A stretch of 64,000 bases of DNA from contig JAGVYY010000031.1 in the NCBI GenBank assembly GCA_018303005.1, positions 24,994 to 88,993 of the forward strand, given 5' to 3'. The notes below the pieces were generated by a model, which did no database searches, was not told the DNA's origin, and worked only from the letters and a program-made list of their open reading frames with translations. Shown in pieces: positions 17,576 through 28,757 of this stretch. Numbering within the stretch: the stretch's first letter is position 1; every line of letters begins with the position of its first letter. A program made the translations under genes and the position numbers. Source of the stretch: Candidatus Woesearchaeota archaeon. Its GTDB lineage: Archaea > Nanobdellota > Nanobdellia > SCGC-AAA011-G17 > GW2011-AR20.

Positions 17576-18883
17576 ATGCTAGATATAAATATTATCAGAA
17601 ATTCTATTGATATAGTAAAAAAAGATTTGGAAAAAAGGAGAGACCAAGAAAAAGTAAAATGGCTAGACGACCTAATCAAAAAAGACAGACAGGTCTTGGA
17701 AATAAAAAAACAGATTGATGATCTCAGGCATGAGAGAAACATAACAAGCGAATCCATAAACAAGTTAAAAAAACAAGGAAAAGATGCAGGTACAGAAATA
17801 AAAAAAGCTAAGGAGATACCAGTAAGATTGAAAGAGTTAGAAGAAAAATACGCTCTTTTACAAGAAAAGATAAGATATTACATGATGCGAATTCCGAATA
17901 TTTTACATGAATCAGTCCCATGTGGGAAAGATGATACTGAAAACAAGGAAATAAGGAAATGGGGTAAGATACCAAAATTTAGTTTCGAATTAAAACCACA
18001 TGGTGAGTTGTTGGAAAAAATGGGTCTGGCAGATTTTCAGAGAGCAGCCAAAATATCCGGCACAGGTTTTTATTTTCTTAAAAAAGAACTTGCTTTGATG
18101 GATCTGGCTTTGCAGAGATTCGCAATTGATTTTCTAATGCAAAAGAGATTTATCCTTATAGAACCTCCATTGATGATGAACAAGGAGGCATATGAAGGTG
18201 TCACATCCTTGGATGATTTTGAGAACGTAATGTATAAAATTGATAAAGAAGATCTTTATATGATAGCAACATCAGAACATCCAATGGTTGCAATGCATAA
18301 AGATGAGTTATTTGAAGAAAAAGATCTTCCATTAAAATACGTCGGTTTTAGTCCATGTTTCAGGAAAGAAATCGGAAGCCATGGTGTTGACACAAGGGGA
18401 ATTTTTCGAGTTCATCAGTTCAATAAAATAGAACAAGTGGTATTTTGTAAACCAGAAGATTCATGGAAGCTCCATGAAGAATTGCAAAAAAATTCAGAGT
18501 TAATGCTACAAAAATTAAACATTCCTTATCATATTGTTTCAATCTGTACAGGAGACATAGGTATAGTGGCAGCCAAGAAATATGATATAGAGGCTTATTT
18601 TCCAAGGGAACAAAAATACAGAGAAGTGACATCCTGTAGCAATTGTACATCATATCAAGCAGTAAGGTTGAATATAAAATACAGGAAAGACAATGATAAA
18701 TTGTATGTACACACATTGAACAACACAGGCATAGCGACAGCAAGGGTTTTAAGAGCAATAATAGAAAATTACCAGCGGGAAGATGGAACAATAAATGTTC
18801 CCACAGTCTTACAGAAATACATGAATGGAATCAAAAAAATAGGGGAGCAAAATGATACTAGGAGAATTAGAAAGAAAGATTAA
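17576..18883 (+). CDS. serS: Seryl-tRNA synthetase
   Basis: N-terminal coiled coil plus a class II catalytic core. 435 aa. Confidence 0.9.
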   Translation: MLDINIIRNSIDIVKKDLEKRRDQEKVKWLDDLIKKDRQVLEIKKQIDDLRHERNITSESINKLKKQGKDAGTEIKKAKEIPVRLKELEEKYALLQEKIRYYMMRIPNILHESVPCGKDDTENKEIRKWGKIPKFSFELKPHGELLEKMGLADFQRAAKISGTGFYFLKKELALMDLALQRFAIDFLMQKRFILIEPPLMMNKEAYEGVTSLDDFENVMYKIDKEDLYMIATSEHPMVAMHKDELFEEKDLPLKYVGFSPCFRKEIGSHGVDTRGIFRVHQFNKIEQVVFCKPEDSWKLHEELQKNSELMLQKLNIPYHIVSICTGDIGIVAAKKYDIEAYFPREQKYREVTSCSNCTSYQAVRLNIKYRKDNDKLYVHTLNNTGIATARVLRAIIENYQREDGTINVPTVLQKYMNGIKKIGEQNDTRRIRKKD

Positions 18884-19211
18884 TGATATGCACAAAACAG
18901 CAGATGAACTGACTGAATCGACAAAGATTGCTATCGATTCTTTAAAAATTGAAGGCGACAAGAGAAAAGCAATGGTACACTTAAAACAGGTAATCTTAAA
19001 GACATCAACACTGAAAGACCAGGTAACGCTGCTTGACAAACATATTAAAGATTATTATAAAACAATGAATAAGTAAGATGGCAAAGAAAAGAGCACAATC
19101 TAGATGTTTACAATAAGGATCTCTGGAAGAATTAGAAGAGGCAGATGAGATAGATGAGCTCGAACAGGGATTCATGGAAGGATATGATAAAGCAGGTAAA
19201 AATAAAAAAAC

Positions 19212-19361
19212 CTAAGAGAAAGAAAGATTAGATTTTCCTGTAGTGCATGTTGAGCAGATCCCTTTTTGACTATTATGATAAACACAAACTGAAGCCCCAC
19301 ATTTAAGGCATTTAAATCTCGCAATGTTATTGCAATATAAACATTTTTGTAGCAATTCCAT
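19212..19361 (-). CDS. Small zinc-ribbon protein (49 aa) with three CxxC pairs
   Basis: The reverse strand translates to MELLQKCLYCNNIARFKCLKCGASVCVYHNSQKGICSTCTTGKSNLSFS. It is not in the ORF track. Confidence 0.35.
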   Translation of the reverse strand: MELLQKCLYCNNIARFKCLKCGASVCVYHNSQKGICSTCTTGKSNLSFS

Positions 19362-19478
19362 TTTCCTGATGAATGATAAAGATATATAAATCTTGATATA
19401 AATATTAATAGTTTGTTATACTATTTAATAGTAATAAAATAGGAAAATTTTATAAACCCCTAATTTAATATATACAAA

Positions 19479-20003
19479 ATGAAAATATTGGCTGCTTCAG
19501 ACATACATGGAGATATCAATTTACAGTCAACTGCAGGCATAATAGGGCCGTTTGTAAAAAGAAATAAGAAAGTTCTCTTGATACCTGGAAATCATGAAAC
19601 TCCTGCAACAGCAGATTTCTTAGCAGAGTTGTATGGTGCTGTTAATCTACATGGCTACTCTTATAAAATGAAAGATATTGGTTTGTTCGGCTGCGGTTCA
19701 GCAAATATAGGACACTTTCAACTGTCAGAGGCTGAAATTTTTGACTTGCTTAAAAAAAGTTATAAATATATAAAAGATTCAAAGAAGAAGATAATGGTAA
19801 CACATGTCCATCCGAAAGGTTCAAGCATGGAAAGACTTACGAACTTTTTTCCAGGAAGTTCAGGTGTTACAAAAGCAATAAGAGAGCTTAAACCCGATCT
19901 TCTTTTATGCGGTCATGTGCATGAAGCAGAAGGTATAGAAGAGAAAATTGATAATACATTAGTAATAAACGTTGGCAGGAACGGAAAAATAATAGAGATC
20001 TAA
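19479..20003 (+). CDS. Calcineurin-like metallophosphoesterase
   Basis: SDIHGD...GNHE...GHVH motifs. Confidence 0.7.
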   Translation: MKILAASDIHGDINLQSTAGIIGPFVKRNKKVLLIPGNHETPATADFLAELYGAVNLHGYSYKMKDIGLFGCGSANIGHFQLSEAEIFDLLKKSYKYIKDSKKKIMVTHVHPKGSSMERLTNFFPGSSGVTKAIRELKPDLLLCGHVHEAEGIEEKIDNTLVINVGRNGKIIEI

Positions 20004-20005
20004 CA

Positions 20006-22042
20006 ATGACATATGAATTAATAATAGCAGAGAAAACAGATGCTGCTAAAAGGATTGCAGAAGCTTTGGCAGATATTAAAGCAGAGAAGAAAGTTACAAA
20101 TAAAATTCCATATTTTGAATTATCCCATGATGGAAAAAAGATTGTTGTTGCATCTGCAGTCGGTCACTTATTTGTCTTGGCAGAAAATAAAAAAACACAA
20201 GATTATCCAAATTTTGATATTTCTTGGCAGCCTAGTTATAAAGTCTTCAAAAAAAGTTATTTTACAAAAAATTATCTTGATCTATTAACGCAGTTATCAA
20301 AAAATGCTTCCTCTTATGTAATTGCATGCGATTATGATACAGAAGGCGAAGTAATCGGTAGAAATGTCTTAAAATTCATTTGTGAGAAATCTAATGCAAA
20401 AAGAATGAAATTCTCAACATTAACAAAAGAAGAGTTGTTTGACTCTTATAAAAATGCTTCAAAATCAATAGATTTAAAATTAGTTGAGGCAGGAGAAGCA
20501 AGACATTATCTGGATAACTATTGGGGTTTGAACTCCAGTAAAGCATTAACTTTAGCAATTAAAAATTCCGGTATGTTTAAGCTTCTATCTTCAGGCAGGG
20601 TACAAAGCCCAATCCTTACATTAATAGCGCATAAGGAAGAACAGATTGAATCTTTTATTCCAAAGCAATACTGGCAGTTATTGGCAAAAATCAACATAAA
20701 AGATCAGCTAATTGAAGCATTACACCAGGAGGATAAATTTTGGGATAAAAAACAGGCGAGTTTGATATATAAAAAATGTAAAGATAAAGATGCAACTGTA
20801 AAAGAGATAAAGAAAAGAGAGTACAATACAAACCCACCAACACCTTTTAATATTACCTCATTGCAAACAGAATCTTATAAGAATTTTGGATTTTCTCCTA
20901 AACAGACTCTGGATATTGCTGAAAGGCTCTATTTAAGCGCTCATATCAGTTATCCAAGAACTTCGTCAGAAAAATTGCCTCAAACAATAGACTATAAAAA
21001 AATAATAAAAAGCCTGTCTTCTATTAAGGATTTAAACAAAAATGCCGTGCTCTTATTACAGAAACAACATTTAAAACCAAATGAAGGAACAAAAACAGAT
21101 CCGGCACATATCGCAGTTTACCCAACAGCAAATATTCCCAATATAATAAAGCTAAATGAACAAGAAAAAAAGATATATATGTTGATTGCAAAAAGATTTT
21201 TGGCAGTGTTTGCAGATCCAGCATTAAGAGAATCCATGGAGATAAAATTTGATATCAACAATGAAATATTTAAGGCATCAGGTTCAAGGACAATAAATCC
21301 GGGATGGATGTCATTTTATGCACCGTATGTAAAATTTAAAGAAGTTCAACTACCAGAAACAAAAGAAAATGAAAAACATACTGTTAAAGACCTGATATTG
21401 AAAGAGGATAAAACAAAACCTCCTGCACGTTACACCCAAGGTTCTATAATCTCCGAAATGGATGAAAAAAATCTTGGAACAAGGGCAACAAGGGCCCAAA
21501 TATTGCAGATATTATACGATAGATACTACATTGAAGATAAAAGTATAAAAATAACAGAGATTGGAAAATCAGTTATCAAAGTTTTAGAGAAATATGTCCC
21601 GGAGTTAGTTTCAGAAGATCTGACAAGGCAATTTGAACTTGAATTAGAGCAGATACAGGAATCAAGAACAACAGAAGAAGAAGTTATTGAAAAAGCAAAA
21701 CAACTATTAACAAAAATATTTGTCAATTTCAAAAAACATGAAAAAAATATAGGAAAGCATTTAGTTGAAGCATTAAAAGAGACACAAGACAAAGCATCTA
21801 TCTTGGGAAAATGCCCTGTATGTATGGAAGGAGATCTAAGGATATTGTTCTCAAGAAAAACAAAAAAGAAGTTTGTTGCGTGTAATAAATATCCGGAATG
21901 CAAAACAACTTACAGTTTAACTTCAGGAAAGGTAATACCCACAGGCGAGACATGCCAATATTGTAAAACACCACTAATAAAGGTGCAAAGAACAGGAAAA
22001 AGGCCGTTTAAGAATCAAAGAAGAAAAATGAGACATGATTAA
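20006..22042 (+). CDS. topA: DNA topoisomerase, type IA, with C-terminal zinc ribbons
   Basis: Toprim N-terminus (IIAEK..AAKRIAEAL). 678 aa. C-terminal C4 motifs (CPVC...CNKYPEC; CQYC). Confidence 0.85.
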   Translation: MTYELIIAEKTDAAKRIAEALADIKAEKKVTNKIPYFELSHDGKKIVVASAVGHLFVLAENKKTQDYPNFDISWQPSYKVFKKSYFTKNYLDLLTQLSKNASSYVIACDYDTEGEVIGRNVLKFICEKSNAKRMKFSTLTKEELFDSYKNASKSIDLKLVEAGEARHYLDNYWGLNSSKALTLAIKNSGMFKLLSSGRVQSPILTLIAHKEEQIESFIPKQYWQLLAKINIKDQLIEALHQEDKFWDKKQASLIYKKCKDKDATVKEIKKREYNTNPPTPFNITSLQTESYKNFGFSPKQTLDIAERLYLSAHISYPRTSSEKLPQTIDYKKIIKSLSSIKDLNKNAVLLLQKQHLKPNEGTKTDPAHIAVYPTANIPNIIKLNEQEKKIYMLIAKRFLAVFADPALRESMEIKFDINNEIFKASGSRTINPGWMSFYAPYVKFKEVQLPETKENEKHTVKDLILKEDKTKPPARYTQGSIISEMDEKNLGTRATRAQILQILYDRYYIEDKSIKITEIGKSVIKVLEKYVPELVSEDLTRQFELELEQIQESRTTEEEVIEKAKQLLTKIFVNFKKHEKNIGKHLVEALKETQDKASILGKCPVCMEGDLRILFSRKTKKKFVACNKYPECKTTYSLTSGKVIPTGETCQYCKTPLIKVQRTGKRPFKNQRRKMRHD

Positions 22043-22048
22043 TACAAC

Positions 22049-22831
22049 TTAAAAAGCATAATTTATAACATCCTCAATATGGTCAACTTCTTTTATTGTT
22101 AGGTTTTTTTCCTGTTTAAAATAATCTACCAAATCAATTGTTTTTGGGACAAGCACTACTTTTTTTGCTTTTGTATTGCCGGAGTCTACTGTTTTTATTT
22201 GTCTCTCATAGTATGCAAACTTGCCCTGCCCTTTAGGTATCAGGAACAAGGTTAGGTTATTATCTGCAACAGCATCTGCTTTTTCTATAACTCCACCAAT
22301 CTGCCCTATTCTTCCGTCAGGTAAAATAGCTCCAGTAGCCACAACATTTTTAACTTTCTTTCCATTAATTGCTGATAGAACAGCCAGGGTCATTGCAGTT
22401 CCTGCGCTAGGGCCTCCAATAATACCGCTGTTTTCCGTATTTACATTAGGCATCTCAAAATCAATAATGACATTCACATTCCCTAGATCAACGCCAGTAA
22501 TGTTTTTTGCAACATTAACAGCAGTTATAGCACTCAATTGGGTATCAGGTTCGACAAAAGGGTTTGTGTTAACCAGGATTTTCCCTTCTCCTTCTTCAAT
22601 GTCAACATTGACTTTCCCGATAATACCAAAACCATTACTACCGACAGCAACAATATTGGCACTGCCATCTGTCTTTTTCATATCATTCTTTATGCCAAAA
22701 ACATCTGTATACAATCCAGGAATATCTGCTTTGTTGTCATTATTGTAGAAAACAAAAACACCAATCAAGAAGCCAATTAATAAAATTAGGATATAACTCC
22801 AAAAAATCTTATTCTTGTTTAGTTTTGTCAT
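22049..22831 (-). CDS. Membrane-anchored S16 (Lon-like) serine peptidase-domain protein
   Basis: N-terminal TM helix. GPSAGTAMTLAVLSAI...ATGAILPDGRIGQIGGVIEK carries the Lon proteolytic Ser/Lys signature. Confidence 0.6.
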   Translation of the reverse strand: MTKLNKNKIFWSYILILLIGFLIGVFVFYNNDNKADIPGLYTDVFGIKNDMKKTDGSANIVAVGSNGFGIIGKVNVDIEEGEGKILVNTNPFVEPDTQLSAITAVNVAKNITGVDLGNVNVIIDFEMPNVNTENSGIIGGPSAGTAMTLAVLSAINGKKVKNVVATGAILPDGRIGQIGGVIEKADAVADNNLTLFLIPKGQGKFAYYERQIKTVDSGNTKAKKVVLVPKTIDLVDYFKQEKNLTIKEVDHIEDVINYAF

Positions 22832-23450
22832 TATAAATTTCTATTCCACTCCCAATAATATTAAACAGAATCTCTTTTTTTATAGACTTCTCGATTATAA
22901 GACGTCTAAAACCACGTTCATTTACCAGCCTTATCTGTATATTACAAAAGTTTTTAAAAATATCCTCTCCCACCATATTTATTTTTTTATCATTTATATT
23001 ATAGTATACTTGATTTGTCAGCAGAACAGGTGTTTTTCTGGCTAAAATTTTTAAATGTCTCATCTGTTTTATCATCATTGCCCTTGCCAAATCTTTCTTT
23101 TTGCTTAAGAGAATTCTAAAGAAATTTGAAATTGAGTCCATGACAATTAAAGAAATGCTTTTAATATCATCTTCGTTTAGATGCAGTATCTGCCTATGCT
23201 GCCCATTAAAACTTTTAACTTTTATGTATATAAGATTATCCAGATACTTAACATAGTCCTTCCCTGCAATTTGTATGAATCTTTCCAATGAAAAGCTGTT
23301 TTCTGTATCAATAAACAAGACCCTTTTTCCTTGCCTGAGAATTTCAAAAGACTTCACAAGCATAAAGCAGGTTTTTCCAGTACCTCCTTCTCCATAAAGT
23401 ACGGAAATGCCTTTTTCAGGGTTTAAAATATGATTAAGTTTATCTTCCAT
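22809..23450 (-). CDS. RecA-superfamily ATPase (RadB/KaiC-like)
   Basis: Walker A GEGGTGKT and Walker B VLFIDTE. Likely start at MEDKLNHIL (the track ORF extends upstream in frame). Confidence 0.5.
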   Translation of the reverse strand: MEDKLNHILNPEKGISVLYGEGGTGKTCFMLVKSFEILRQGKRVLFIDTENSFSLERFIQIAGKDYVKYLDNLIYIKVKSFNGQHRQILHLNEDDIKSISLIVMDSISNFFRILLSKKKDLARAMMIKQMRHLKILARKTPVLLTNQVYYNINDKKINMVGEDIFKNFCNIQIRLVNERGFRRLIIEKSIKKEILFNIIGSGIEIYNDKTKQE

Positions 23451-23643
23451 CTTATTATTCTTATTGCAAATGCATATAAGGTCATTTAAAAGAATTTTTA
23501 TATATAAAGTTATAAAATCTATCTTGTTGAATAACACTTTTTGTGCAAAACGAGTAGTTATTGTGCAGAATTGAATATTTGTGCAAAGCCTTCTCAATCC
23601 AAAGATTTATATACATGATGTATACACACAAAGTATACACAAA

Positions 23644-24003
23644 ATGGAAGATGTATTTAACACAACTATATTATGTAATAATTGTAATCAAGCAACAAAA
23701 AAATCTTATATTAATAAAGATGGCTTTAAGATAAGGACAATGCAGTGCGATTCATGCAAGAAAGAATGGTATCATCCCGGAGACATGCAGGATTATGAAA
23801 ATTTTTCAAGATTAAGAAATAAGTGTTTTCAGGTAAAATTAAGATATGTTGGAAATTCATACGCTATCTCAATCCCAAGAGAGATTATACAATTTGAAGA
23901 AGAGATGCAGCGTGAAATAAATGAGATGATTCAGATGTCTTTAGAAAGCCCTGAAAGAGTAAGCATAACATTTTCAAAAAAAATAAAACACATACTAAAA
24001 TAA
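23644..24003 (+). CDS. Zinc-ribbon plus AbrB/SpoVT-like swapped-hairpin domain protein
   Basis: CNNC...CDSC followed by VKLRYVGNSYAISIPREI. Confidence 0.4.
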   Translation: MEDVFNTTILCNNCNQATKKSYINKDGFKIRTMQCDSCKKEWYHPGDMQDYENFSRLRNKCFQVKLRYVGNSYAISIPREIIQFEEEMQREINEMIQMSLESPERVSITFSKKIKHILK

Positions 24004-24004
24004 A

Positions 24005-26440
24005 ATGACACAAGAAAAAGATGTAAGGCTAAAAGTAATGGAGGCTTTGCAGGAAGAAGCTTACAGAGGTACTGTTAGAATAGACTCTGAAACAATGCAT
24101 AAAATAGGAGTTCATCCAGGTGATGTTGTCTCAATAGAGGGTGGTAGAGAAACAGTTGGAATTGTAGACAGAGCATACCCAACAGATGTTGGTCAAGAGG
24201 TTATAAGGATGGATGGAATCCTAAGGAGAAACGCAAAAACAGGCATAGGCGAACATGTGAAAGTAAGAAAAGCAGATGTAAAAGAAGCACGCTCAATCAC
24301 AATTGCTCCTGCACAAAAAGGTGTAATGATCAGGGCAGATCCAGAGCTATTTAAAAGAGCACTTATAAACAGAGCAGTTGTTAAAGACGATATAATTGTT
24401 CCAAGCAATACGAGAAGGCGTAGAAGACAACTCCCGGATTCTCCATTGTTTGATAATGATGTGTTTTCAATATTCGAAGAGTCTTTTACAGGAGCATTTG
24501 GTTTGTCAGGATTAAGATTTATAGTAGTTCAAACAACACCTCTAAAAACACCAGTACTAATAACAGAATCAACTAATGTAGTCCTAAACCCAAAAGCAGT
24601 TGAAATATCAGATGAAAAGATACCAGAGGTTACTTACGAGGATATCGGGGGTTTGAAAGAAGAGATAAAGAAGATAAGGGAAATGGTTGAATTACCCCTA
24701 AAGCATCCAGAGATATTTGAGCGTTTAGGCATAGAACCTCCAAAAGGTGTTTTGCTTCATGGCCCTCCCGGAACAGGTAAAACTCTGTTAGCTAAAGCAG
24801 TAGCAAATGAAGTTGAGGCAAATTTTATGGTAGTGAATGGCCCTGAAATTCTTAATAAATTTTATGGAGAGTCAGAAAAAAAGATTCGCGACATATTTGA
24901 TGAAGCTGAAAAAAATTCACCAACAATAATATTCTTTGATGAGATTGATGCAATTGCTCCAAAAAGAGAAGAATCCTATGGTGAATTAGAAAAAAGAGTT
25001 GTAAGCCAATTGCTTGCACAAATGGATGGACTAAAATCAAGAGGCAAAGTAATTGTTGTAGCAGCAACTAATAGACCAAATTCAATAGATCCTGCATTAA
25101 GAAGACCGGGAAGATTTGACAGAGAAATTTCTATAGGTGTTCCAAATAAAAAAGGTCGCTTGAATATATTAAAAATTCACACAAGAAACATGCCTTTGGC
25201 AAATGATGTTGCATTATTAAAAATATCTGAAATAACACATGGTTTTGTTGGGGCTGATCTTTCTGCATTATGTAAGGAAGCAGCCATGAATGTTTTAAGA
25301 AGGATATTACCGGATTTAAAATTAGGGGAGAAAGAAGAAATTCCAAAAGAGATCTTAGATAAATTAGTTGTAACAGGTAAAGATTTTAAAGAGGCTTTAA
25401 AATTGGTAAGACCAAGTGCAATGAGAGAAGTTTTAGTAGAGACACCAAATATTAAATGGGAAGACATAGGGGGATTGGAAAAATTAAAGCAGGAATTAAA
25501 AGAAGCTGTTAATTGGCCTATTAAATATCCGGGAATGTTTAAAAGAATAGGAATAAGAGCACCAAAGGGAATTTTAATGTATGGTCCTCCCGGAACAGGT
25601 AAAACTCTGTTAGCTAAAGCAGTAGCAAATGAATCAGAAGCTAATTTTATCCTAGTCAAAGGCCCGGAATTATTGAATAAATTCGTAGGAGAAAGTGAAA
25701 AAGGTGTAAAAAAAGTGTTTGAGAGAGCAAGACAAGTCTCTCCATGCATAATTTTCTTCGATGAAATAGATGCACTTGCTCCAAGAAGAGGTCTTGATGC
25801 AGGAAATCAGGTTACAGAAAGAGTTGTTAATACTTTATTGGCTGAGATTGATGGTCTGGAAGAATTAAATGATGTTGTAGTCATTGCAGCAAGTAATAGG
25901 CCCGACATTCTTGATCCAGCATTATTAAGGCCCGGAAGATTTGATAGACTATTGTTAACACCACCACCTGAAAGAAAAGGCAGATTAGAAATTTTCAAGA
26001 TTCACACAAAGGGCATGCCAATAAAAATTAGTAAGGAAGATATAAAAGAAATTGAAGAACAGTTTAAATATCATAAGATAAATATTGCATCAAAAATGGC
26101 TTCTGACGAACCAGTAGATAATTCTGACATTAAAAAAGAAACAAAGATTAATTTTCAAGGTTTACCGGACCGAGATAAATTCCATTATTATCTGGCAGAG
26201 AAAACAGAAGGTTATGTCGGGGCTGATATAGAAGGTGTTTGTAATGAAGCAGGAATATTGGCATTAAGAGAAGATATTAAAGCAACAGAAGTGAGAAAAA
26301 AACATTTTGACGAAGCTCTAATAAAAGTAAAACCTTCAATTTCAAAAGAGGCAATGGATCATTATACTTCAATGGAAGAAACTTATTTGAGAAATGCCAA
26401 AGCAGGGCTTGCTAAAGAAATACCAAGTTATATGGGTTGA
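24005..26440 (+). CDS. cdc48: CDC48/VCP-like AAA+ ATPase with two AAA domains and a long C-terminal insertion
   Basis: N-domain followed by D1 [17 protein letters not shown] and D2 [17 protein letters not shown]. 811 aa. Confidence 0.9.
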   Translation: MTQEKDVRLKVMEALQEEAYRGTVRIDSETMHKIGVHPGDVVSIEGGRETVGIVDRAYPTDVGQEVIRMDGILRRNAKTGIGEHVKVRKADVKEARSITIAPAQKGVMIRADPELFKRALINRAVVKDDIIVPSNTRRRRRQLPDSPLFDNDVFSIFEESFTGAFGLSGLRFIVVQTTPLKTPVLITESTNVVLNPKAVEISDEKIPEVTYEDIGGLKEEIKKIREMVELPLKHPEIFERLGIEPPKGVLLHGPPGTGKTLLAKAVANEVEANFMVVNGPEILNKFYGESEKKIRDIFDEAEKNSPTIIFFDEIDAIAPKREESYGELEKRVVSQLLAQMDGLKSRGKVIVVAATNRPNSIDPALRRPGRFDREISIGVPNKKGRLNILKIHTRNMPLANDVALLKISEITHGFVGADLSALCKEAAMNVLRRILPDLKLGEKEEIPKEILDKLVVTGKDFKEALKLVRPSAMREVLVETPNIKWEDIGGLEKLKQELKEAVNWPIKYPGMFKRIGIRAPKGILMYGPPGTGKTLLAKAVANESEANFILVKGPELLNKFVGESEKGVKKVFERARQVSPCIIFFDEIDALAPRRGLDAGNQVTERVVNTLLAEIDGLEELNDVVVIAASNRPDILDPALLRPGRFDRLLLTPPPERKGRLEIFKIHTKGMPIKISKEDIKEIEEQFKYHKINIASKMASDEPVDNSDIKKETKINFQGLPDRDKFHYYLAEKTEGYVGADIEGVCNEAGILALREDIKATEVRKKHFDEALIKVKPSISKEAMDHYTSMEETYLRNAKAGLAKEIPSYMG

Positions 26441-26468
26441 TATTATCTACTCTAAAATAGTAAAAATA

Positions 26469-26485
26469 GAAAGGTTTATAAATAA
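26469..26485 (+). promoter_or_regulatory. BRE/TATA promoter motif GAAAGGTTTATAAATAA upstream of the DGR target gene
   Basis: It matches the recurring promoter consensus. Confidence 0.45.
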
Positions 26486-26528
26486 AGAAATTCTAAAATA
26501 ATTAGTTAAATTGGAGGTTTAAATAAAA

Positions 26529-27398
26529 ATGAAACTAACACAGGGACAACCACTAATTCAGGTAAATGTTCCATATATATTTCAGGCTCAATATGATGAG
26601 CCAGGAAGAGAAGCAGTTAAGAAAATATTATCAGATTATAAAAATACAAATATAAGGTCTTTCAACCAGTTTCTGGAAAAAGGGCCTATAAAGGGAAGCA
26701 ATCCTTATTTTAGATTTGCTTTGGGAAATGCTTATAGGGAATTAACAAATCAAGATGTTCTCCCAATAAATCCTAAAGAAAGTGAAATAGCATTGGCAAA
26801 TAATACTTTAACAAATCCAGGAGAAACTTATGAAGAATTAGGATTATTAGTTTACTCTAATAAAGGCTATAATCTAGTATTATGGCAGCATCTAAGAGAA
26901 ATAGCAAAAACACAATACAAAGATTCTGTAGACCTAGAAATACCATTTGTAGTTACAGGCTTAATGAAACCGGTAAAAGATGATAAATTTGAAGATGGTT
27001 TAAGATTAGACACGATAGATGGATTAACATTAATGTACAATGTTCCAATATTAGCTCAAAGAACTAACAGATTTGATTCAGTTAATAAATTTGATTCAGA
27101 AGATCCAGAGTTACAAAGAACAGGATTTCCTGGTAAATTAGGAGAAGGTAATAGAATTCTATTCACACAAAATAATGGTGTCCATAGGTTGATTCGTGGT
27201 GGCGAGGGCTTGTATCTGTATGCTAGATATGGGAATCTTGTTACCATGCATGACGATTGTAGGATACATCTCGTCGCAAAAAATTCCAGTAGAAATCTTG
27301 ATGAATTAGTGCAACAGCTAGAACAGGAAAAGTTAAAACAACAACAAGAGTTAGAAACAAGATATAACCAAGCTCTTGAAATTTTAAAGAAAAGATAA
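26529..27398 (+). CDS. DGR target (variable) protein. The C-terminal region resembles the C-type-lectin/FGE-like fold that carries DGR variable regions (HRLIRGGEG...YARYG...DDCR)
   Basis: A variable-region-like repeat at 27177-27250 pairs with a template repeat downstream. 289 aa with no signal peptide. Confidence 0.6.
   Translation: MKLTQGQPLIQVNVPYIFQAQYDEPGREAVKKILSDYKNTNIRSFNQFLEKGPIKGSNPYFRFALGNAYRELTNQDVLPINPKESEIALANNTLTNPGETYEELGLLVYSNKGYNLVLWQHLREIAKTQYKDSVDLEIPFVVTGLMKPVKDDKFEDGLRLDTIDGLTLMYNVPILAQRTNRFDSVNKFDSEDPELQRTGFPGKLGEGNRILFTQNNGVHRLIRGGEGLYLYARYGNLVTMHDDCRIHLVAKNSSRNLDELVQQLEQEKLKQQQELETRYNQALEILKKR
27177..27250 (+). repeat. DGR variable region (VR) inside the target gene
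   Basis: About 70-nt similarity to 27573-27646. 9 of 12 mismatches fall where the template copy has A. One 3-nt indel. Confidence 0.6.
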
Positions 27399-27572
27399 TC
27401 TTAAAAGATAATCTTAAATATACTCTTTCATTTCTATTTTTACCTAGGCTTAGTCTAGGCCACAGGCTTACCCATAGTGCTATTTAAAATAGCCATGAAA
27501 TACAACTGATTATCTTTTGATAGAGAGATAATAAAAAGCAGTGAATGATATAAGAGTGGGCAAGCTATATCT

Positions 27573-27646
27573 GGTGTCCATAGGTTGGTTCATAGTAGGA
27601 ACTTGAATCTGAATGCTAGGTATGAGAATCTTGTTAACTCGAAATT
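27573..27646 (+). repeat. DGR template region (TR), rich in AAC/AAT codons, flanked by an inverted repeat (CCTAGGCTTAGTCT at about 27446 and AGACTAAGCTAGG at about 27689)
   Basis: Read from the sequence. Coordinates may be off by 1 nt. Confidence 0.55.
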
Positions 27647-27710
27647 TTCAGTTAGAAAAGAAAACGAAAATGACACCGGTAGAATGACATAGACTAAGCT
27701 AGGTTTTATT

Positions 27711-28757
27711 ATGAAAACTTACACCAGTCTTTACTTAAATTTATTTGATATAGATAGATTATATTTAGCTTATAAAAAAGCAAAAAAAGGTAAATCAAAT
27801 AAAGATTATGTTTAAAAATTTCAGAGAGATTTAATGAATAATCTATCTGCATTAAGGTTAGAACTATTCTTTCATTCCTATAAACCAAAACCATTAAAGA
27901 CTTTCATTATCAGGGACCCTAAAACAAGAAAAATCAGTAAATCTGATTTCAGGGACAGAATTGTGCATCATGCCTTAATCAATATTCTAGAACCAATATT
28001 CGATAAAGTTTTTATTTATGATAGTTATGCAAATAGGATTGGTAAAGGAACTACAAAAGCAATAGAAAGATTAAAATTATTTATTATAAAAGTTACTAAG
28101 AATAATAAAAGAAATACTTATTGCCTGAAACCAGATATTAAACATTATTTTGAAACTGTTAATCATGAAGTTTTATTGAATCTTATTAAAAGAAAGATAA
28201 GATAACAGAATAATATGGTTAATAAAAATAAATTTAGAAAACTATTATTTTAAAGAAAAAAATAAAGGTATGCCTCTAGGGAATTTAACCTCCCAATTTT
28301 TTGCTAACGTTTACTTAAATGAGCTTATCAATATATTAAACATAAATTAAAAGTTAAATATTATATAAGGTATGTGGATGATTTTGTTATATTACATGAA
28401 AATAAAAATAAATTAAATTTTTATAAGAATCAAATAAAGGAATTTTTAAAAAACAATCTAAAGATTGAGCTTCATAAAGATAAATCTAAAATATTTTTCA
28501 TAAGAAAAGGAATAACATTTTTAGGATTTAGGCATTTTTATTTTTATACCATATTAAATAAAAATAAAAGAAAACATGTCAATAATAAGATTAAAGATAT
28601 AATTAAAGAGAGTAAAGAAATGGAAGATTATAAAAAATTAATGCAAAGATTTGAATCTATTTTATCACATTTAGAAATTGGAAATACATATTATTTAAGA
28701 AACAATTTTATAGTTAAGTTAAACAATAATATTAATATGTTAAACATAAAGCAGTAG
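27711..28757 (+). pseudogene. DGR-type reverse transcriptase, degraded. Motifs 0-7 are all present but split over at least 4 segments by three in-frame TAA codons and at least two frameshifts
   Basis: Motif 0 is LYLAYKKAKKGK. Motifs 1-3 lie in the ORF at 27834-28205. Motif 4 is GMPLGNLTSQFFANVYLNEL (DGR hallmark). Motif 5 is YIRYVDDFVIL (ORF 28374-28757). Confidence 0.75.

Noticed and set aside
27711-28757. In-frame TAA codons in the RT as evidence of stop-codon reassignment
   Set aside because: Many clearly intact genes in the window (for example rpl and rps genes, serS, topA) terminate with TAA at the expected length, so TAA is a stop here. The RT also has frameshifts, which is consistent with a pseudogene.
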